Shown piece after piece: positions 57,562-64,000 of a DNA stretch of 64,000 nt. The notes beneath the pieces are model-generated. The model searched no databases. It saw nothing but the letters and a program-made list of their open reading frames with translations, and was not told where the DNA came from. The DNA comes from Neodothiora populina (taxonomy: Eukaryota). The position numbers and the translations under genes are program-made. Where the stretch lies: NCBI RefSeq assembly GCF_041146345.1, contig NW_027191404.1:1798001-1862000 (forward strand), read 5' to 3'. Each line of letters opens with the position of its first letter. The stretch's first letter is position 1.

Positions 57562-58865
57562 TTATTTCCCTGCCAATGCACCAGCGACCTGCAGACTAAA
57601 GTCAAGGATGGTCAAGTGCTCATCACTGCCGTCGACGAGCCTCTTGTCGGTCTCGGAAAAGGTCATGACGATCCTGTTCTTCTTGATATTCTCAATCGAC
57701 TCGTCGTTCAAGAGCTTGTCGTACAGTTGCGTCAGTACCTGGGTAGCGCTCCAGCCCTCGGCAATGAGATCCGTCACGACTTCCCCGACGGCACTGGAGC
57801 TCGCGCAGCGGACCCTGGCTGCATACCTGTGCGGATCTAACGTGCTAGGTTGGACAGCAGTCATGAGACGGGCGATGGTGGCATCAGGCACGACGCCCGC
57901 AATCTCCTCCACACTACGGACAGTGACGGCTCGGGAGTCTGTGCTGGTGGTCTTGTTGTCGTCGTCGACGTCCATTTCGTCTTGGCTCGACGTGGTACCT
58001 GGTATTGATTTCGTCGAACTCGAAGATGCTGCCAGTCTCGCGGCGCTCTGAAGGAATGTGATTGCCTTTCTCAAGTCGCCCTCGGCGCATTTGATCAGAG
58101 TGTCCACGACGCCTGCCTCCAGGGGCACTTTCTCCAGCGCGGCGATGTCTTCGAGTCGCTTTCGCGCGTTTCCTCCGTCTAGGCTCTTGAATCTGAATTT
58201 ACTGCATCTTGACGCCAAGGGATCGATGATGCGCGTAACGTAGTTGCAGATGAGACAGAAGCGAGTGATTTTGGAATATGTTTCCATCGTTCTTCGGAGT
58301 GCACTCTGTGCGTCTTGGGTCATCGAGTCCGCCTCGTCGAGAATAATGATTTTATACGGAGGACAAGGGTATTTCTTCTTGTATTCGACGCCCGCAGGAC
58401 CAGCGGGTGGATTTGACAGCTGCATGCGGGCGAAGTCCTTGACTTTCTCGCGCACGATGCTGATACCTCGTTCGTCCGAGGCATTGAGCTCGAGCACGCG
58501 CGTCTTGATGAGTTCGGGGCCGTAGAGTTGTTTTGCAAGCGCTAGCACCGTCGACGTCTTTCCGGTTCCAGGGGGTCCGTAGAAGAGCATGTGTGGAAGA
58601 TTCGCGGATTGGAGGTTGCGGCGCAGGACCGTCACCGTATGGTCTTGTGAGGCGACTTCATCGAGAGATTTCGGTCGACTGTATCAGCGAGAAAGATTTG
58701 GTCAGCAATACTATCAATATACGGAGTCACACTAAACAAAGGGCTTTATTACTATTTCTCAACCCAAGGTTGTTGCCGGTCATCTTGTGTCTTGGAGGTT
58801 GATTTTGAGGGCCCTGCAGCAGCAGCCGCCGCCTGACGTGCTTTGATATCGAAGAAGCTTGCCAT
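57562..58865 (-). CDS. RFC2: Replication factor C small subunit (yeast Rfc2 type), 2 exons
   Basis: [52 protein letters not shown]. Confidence 0.95.
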
Positions 58866-59315
58866 GGCGCTGTGAAGTGCGCGTCAACGTCTGATAGAGA
58901 GGTGACTTGGATGGCAATGGTGGATACAGTATTACCAATTGGAAAGTGTCTTGTCAAAATGCAGGTGCACGCGGCGAAACGCGCGACGCGGAAAGAGCAA
59001 GTCATCAAGTTTCCATTTCGGGCGATGCCAAGCCCAGCCTGAACAGCTCATGGTGGACAAGGATCGTTATTGGTGCAGATACTAGTAACCTCCTACTCCT
59101 CCCTGATATCGTGACCCTCGTCTGTTTGTGATCCTGTGATACAGACACAAATTCTCTCACGAACCCTTGCCTAGACTATCGTTATGGCTTCGTGTATGTG
59201 AGATTATCGACCTCTGCGTGTTTTGGGACTGCGACATCGGAAGTGGTGTGTTGTACAGTACCTTGTACCCCCTCTATGACTGCCATGCGATACGACCTTC
59301 GACCACTGTCCGGAA

Positions 59316-60451
59316 ATGAACCATGAGCCTCAAAATTCCGCAACGACCACAAGAGACGATGGTGGCGAGAACGTTCTTTCGGGAGACTCTCACATGTCTG
59401 CAAGGACAACGCGCGAGAGGAGGAAGAAGAACAGGCTGCTGTTCAACAAGAAGCGAGCCCATTTCTTGAAGGATCATCTCAGGAATCTCGATCTTCTGAT
59501 CTATGCTGAATTGGCTGCTATCTATTACATGGAGTATGTTCACCGAGAGAAAAAAAAATCCCGAATTTATCCTTCATCTCTTCTTCCACTCACGATCGGC
59601 ATGTGCTGTTATACCCCAGAGCTGACACGGCGCGCAGCTGCTCCTTTACGCGGTTCATCATACGCACCGTTGTGCAGTTCATGTTCCTTACCCCAAAACC
59701 TTCTTTCCTACCAGAGCCTCCGCACAACAGACCTTATCTAGGCGCGGTCGTCGGATCGAACATGTTTTGTCTATTTCTGCATGTCATCTATGACCGCCCA
59801 GCTGCGACTGAAGCCACAAGAGGCTACCTCCATGGGGGATTGGCAATGGACTTTATCGGCCAAAAGGGACCCACTTCCAAGATCCACCTGGTCGCACTGG
59901 ACATTCTGCTGCTCTTACTCCAGCTTGTTGCTCTGGGAACTCATATGACACACGTCAAGGTCAAGCACCAGATTGACAATCCTGCGGCGCCAGCGAGGCA
60001 ATCAGCAGTAACAACAACAGCAACCCCTGCAGCCTCCGCACCGACTGAGACTGCGCAAGACTTGGAACACGAGGAACAAGGACTGCTTAGGTCTGATCAT
60101 CATCCGGTAGACATCGAGCTGGAAACCCTTAATTCTGTCGGTAGACGATCTTCCAATGGCCCAAACACCTCCGCTGAAGTACAGGATCAAGAGGACAATG
60201 ATCGTGAAGCCTTGCTAGCCTCAAGTATGCAACCGCGCTCGGACTCGCACATATTTGACGCATTCAACAGTGGAGAAATCATGATCTTGGATATGGACAT
60301 TGTGAACCTTGTTCGCACGCAGCTGAAGGAGAGCACAACTAGTTCAAATGGCATCTCCGCAGGCCCCTCTGGTCAGGTGTTCTACGAAAGACTTGCTCGC
60401 GGCGGCTTGGGGACCCGGTTCAGGATAGGCCAACGCACGTTCGGGGTGTGA
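59316..60451 (+). CDS. DUF1746 membrane protein (Dsc4-like subunit of the DSC ubiquitin ligase), 2 exons
   Basis: LRNLDLLIYAEL..IYYM, TRGYLHGGLAMDFIGQKGPTSK, LDILLLLLQLV. Confidence 0.82.
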
Positions 60452-61673
60452 TTTCATCTTTGCGCACATATTCCATCGGCAAGCGAGGCGTCTGGGCGTT
60501 ATTGGGTGTTGGGATATGATTACTCCTCTTTTACAACATGATCCGATCTACCTGGTTCGATTCTCCATGATCATAGGCTTTCGTGGCTCCACTGGTTCAT
60601 CCAATACTGTGCGCGTGTGATTGCGACCCACCTCTGACCCCGCCTTCTGGGAGGTTTTCTGGGGGTAACAGAAACTACGAAGCTGGTAAAGGACAGGCAA
60701 CGGCTACCGCTTATACACGGATCTGTTGATAATATGCTGCAGGATCCCGTACCATTGATGGCGCCAGCTTCCTCTTGGAGACTTTGCAAGAACACAAGCT
60801 GCAATTCGCGATCGTCATCGCAATGCAACGTGTGCACTAAATCTCGAACTGCTATCCATACATGGTCTGAGACCAGTGCCCCGAGCCCAGATCCCTCTCT
60901 CTGAAGCCCGGCTTACACAGAGTACCTTAATCTTACTCGAGTCACTGCTTGCCAAGACAATCTGCCAAGGCGGATCTGGCGTCGACATCTCGCCGACTTC
61001 GTCTTCTGATCCTACGCTTTCCGCTGTAGCCACGCGTGAGAGGACGGTATCTGCGCATCAGTCATTTTGCCTCCTCGCATAAATACAGGAGGCACGGCAT
61101 TATGACACCACCAGCGCCCGAGATACAGTCACTCATGACAAGCGTCACGAGGTATGAGAATTGTACGGTTACCACAGTATTCCTTTCAGTTGTCTCGTCA
61201 TATTTACTCCGCATGTCGTTGGATCGCATGCTCGAATGTGGGGTAGGACTCGGCAGCTTTCCATTTCCATTACCCCCATTTTTCCCAGCTACTGCAATCC
61301 ATTACCCCCGAGAAATTCTCAAAACAGACTGAATATGTCGAAACCTTGTACCGCCGGCCAACGCCGAGCAAACCGTCGCCATGGCTCTCCTTCCATTTCC
61401 GCCGTGAGTCAGCGTAATGAGCGTCTTCGGAGGTGGAGTCGCTTCAGATTTTACGCCTTGCAAAATTTCTACCTTGCAACCCGTTGGAGGGTATATATAC
61501 ATGTAGTCGCCTCCTCCCACGGGAGGACTTGTCCGATGTAAGAATCATAGAAAACTGGTTAGTCTCTCGTATCTGCAATCTTCATCACGCTTTTCTTGCA
61601 TCACTACATAGCTTTTCTATTAGCATCTTTCATCTTTTCTCAAACATATCCATCTTCACACGGCAGACATCCC

Positions 61674-63134
61674 ATGAACATTAACGTACTCCCTCACGAA
61701 ATCCTCTCCTCTATCCTTGAGGCAGCTGTTGCGATCAATGCGAAAGAAGGCGTGACTTACACCTATGGTCTGAGTCAGGCACCCCTGCCCGCCCAGAAGG
61801 CAAAGTTGAATCGTTATCTACGCGGTCCCGTCTGTCCCGATGATCTATTGTGGGATGCAACCGCTTCGATTCGCCAAGTGTGTTCCAGATGGCACGACTG
61901 GGCTCTATCTCACTCGCTGAAGCAACTGTGGGTCAGAAGGTGGCGAGGCTCTGAGCGATGGGCTGAATTGTCCATGAGACGCCAACTGTACGATGTCTAC
62001 GAGCTCATCGAGAAGCCGTCTGGATATCATGTCTATCGTGACCCGTTCGGCTCTCTCAAGCACACCGAGGAACTCTTTGCCGCGTTTCCCAATCTCGCAA
62101 AGCACGCGCGTCGGCTGTGGTTTAATGGTTTCTATACAGCAAGCACTGATCGCCTGATTCTCTCGGTATTGCGCTCTTGCCGTAAGCTCACTTCCGTCAG
62201 CATCCCATGGGCGCTTCTTCGCCACGGCACGGCCGACGAGTGGGCCCATCTCCTCGGCGTTGCTGTACCGGAGGACCCGGCTCTGCAAACCCTCGAGCTG
62301 CAAGCCATCGACCTCTCTGCGGTCCAGGAACGTGATTACAACGAGTTGACAATCACAAAACCATTACTCGACCCGCGCGTTGACTTTTCGAACATCAAGC
62401 GACTCAAGCTCGTCGGAGACACTACCTGGATGCCCATCACCGATGTCGACCTCATTGCCATGGCATGTACCGCAACAAACCTCGAGGAGCTTCTCGTGAC
62501 AAACATGTCGACTGTCACCATCGAGGGTGTCATGGCTTTGATCAAAGCCTCTCAGTCGAGCATTCGCATAATTGAGCATTCGCCACTCAGCAACGACGGC
62601 TTCTTCCGCCCCCACCCAGGTGTTACCGCCTCAGGCGAACACATCTGTGAGACTTTGACTCAGAGTCCCAAACTTCGGGATCTGTCTATCAGCGTCCCCA
62701 GTGCCTGTGAATGTCTCTTTGCACACGAAGATGTCGCTTGGGAAGGTGAATGCCAAGTGCGTGCCTCCGCACTCTGCGGCACCCCCTGCGAACGACCCAA
62801 CAGCGCAGAGACCCAACGTGCCAGAGCTGCTGCCCTGCGCGATATGCTTGATCGCGGTCGCTCTCTCATTTCTGGTCGTGCTCGTCAACGACGTGCACTC
62901 GACATTGAGTTCTTCTTTGCCGAGTGCATCTTCGACCTGCGCGATTGCGTTGTCCACGGCGACTTTGCGCTTGCCGAGATCTCGTCTGGTGGCAGATGGC
63001 CACTTCTCAAGACCTCGTCCCCCAAAGGGCCCTACGGAACCACTGGTCTCTACGGCAAGGACGAAGGCACCTGGGACATCATTTCCGAGGCCGAGTTCTT
63101 CACTGCAGTCGAGAAGGGCTGGTTGAGGATTTGA
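61674..63134 (+). CDS. F-box-like / leucine-rich-repeat protein
   Basis: MNINVLPHEILSSIL...QVCSRWHDWA F-box-like ends; repeated LxxLxL units; intronless 486 aa. Confidence 0.75.
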   Translation: MNINVLPHEILSSILEAAVAINAKEGVTYTYGLSQAPLPAQKAKLNRYLRGPVCPDDLLWDATASIRQVCSRWHDWALSHSLKQLWVRRWRGSERWAELSMRRQLYDVYELIEKPSGYHVYRDPFGSLKHTEELFAAFPNLAKHARRLWFNGFYTASTDRLILSVLRSCRKLTSVSIPWALLRHGTADEWAHLLGVAVPEDPALQTLELQAIDLSAVQERDYNELTITKPLLDPRVDFSNIKRLKLVGDTTWMPITDVDLIAMACTATNLEELLVTNMSTVTIEGVMALIKASQSSIRIIEHSPLSNDGFFRPHPGVTASGEHICETLTQSPKLRDLSISVPSACECLFAHEDVAWEGECQVRASALCGTPCERPNSAETQRARAAALRDMLDRGRSLISGRARQRRALDIEFFFAECIFDLRDCVVHGDFALAEISSGGRWPLLKTSSPKGPYGTTGLYGKDEGTWDIISEAEFFTAVEKGWLRI

Positions 63135-64000
63135 TGTCGCCTATCTGGCTGCACTCAATCCTCAATGCTCGCTCTTGCTCAGTCCTCGGCGCTACCTGCT
63201 ATTTCCTTCTTTCTTTCTATGTTTAATCTCAACGAACAACGACCCACAACGCCGTCGACGGAAGAAAGATTTTCTTCTTTTGCCCGTCCAACAGACGACG
63301 GCTAACGACAAAAAGCTGTACTCATTATACGAAACACACATGACTGCACCAACATCATCTTCCTAGCGTTCAAGCATTTCTTGAGAAGATTTCAGCGAAT
63401 GGGGAGGACACATTTGATCCATACAAAAAAAAGTCGAGCTTTTTCTTTGGTCTTGCTGCATCTGCATCTGCTGCTTGCAGCTCCGATACCTTTTTTTCCT
63501 GCTTGTCTTTTTCTGATTACTCGTTTCCATGCATCTGTATTATGCTCCCAGTCATCGTATCTGTTGCTGTTGCTTCTTGTTCTTTTCTCCTCCTTTTTCA
63601 AGCGCGGATATCCCAGCGACGGAGAATCATTTTACGGAGCCCTTTTCTTTCTATCATCTGGTTGCTATTATTGTGATTGTTATCATCTCTCATCTCTTGT
63701 TTCTTGCTTTGCTCACTGTTAATGCATGGCGTTCTTGGAGGGGATGATTCTCGTGCGAGCTTGATCCCCTGTATGTTTGTTTCTTGTCATTTTCTGGGTT
63801 ATTGTCCTGCGCGTTCTTTTGTCGCTGCTACTTTGCGTGTGTAGCTAGCTGTTCAGCAGGAGGAAGGGGTTTTCCAATCTTTGCCTATGCAGCGCTAGGC
63901 ATGCAGATACAGACTCGGCCCCTTTCGGTCAGAAACGAAAATATCACAAGATTTGAAAAACAAACAAGACGATTCGTGAGACTCATGTGGAGATGATCTC

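Noticed and set aside
61334..61541. Possible uORF upstream of the F-box-like gene
   Set aside because: No evidence beyond an open frame; cannot be supported without conservation or ribosome data.

Overview
Gene-dense nuclear DNA from a filamentous ascomycete (Pezizomycotina-type GT-AG introns with CTRAC branch points). It carries about 25 genes, mostly housekeeping: M1 aminopeptidase, Rab11/Ypt31, a chromodomain-CCCH protein, a CDF transporter, ATP synthase beta, HEM13, EMC7, a GPI aspartic protease, VPS68, LOC1, an AB-hydrolase, the cohesin loader, proteasome alpha-6, VPS55, GH47 mannosidase, two RFC subunits, dienelactone hydrolase, SelO/FMP40, WrbA/Pst2, DUF1746 and an F-box-like protein. 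The standout observation is intron 6 of the nuclear ATP2 gene. It is a 2,080-nt spliceosomal GT-AG intron (the other six introns are 57-106 nt) that interrupts a highly conserved Gly codon just before Walker B. It contains a same-strand ORF encoding a GIY-YIG-like endonuclease with two C2H2 zinc fingers, and I see no TIRs, TSD, RT or transposase. This fits a homing-endonuclease-carrying spliceosomal intron, but homing is inferred, not shown. The 17.7-31 kb interval also holds degenerate repeats with RIP-like changes, an inverted array of a CCAYCCGTAAG motif, and orphan or broken ORFs. Exon boundaries were read by eye and no searches were run.
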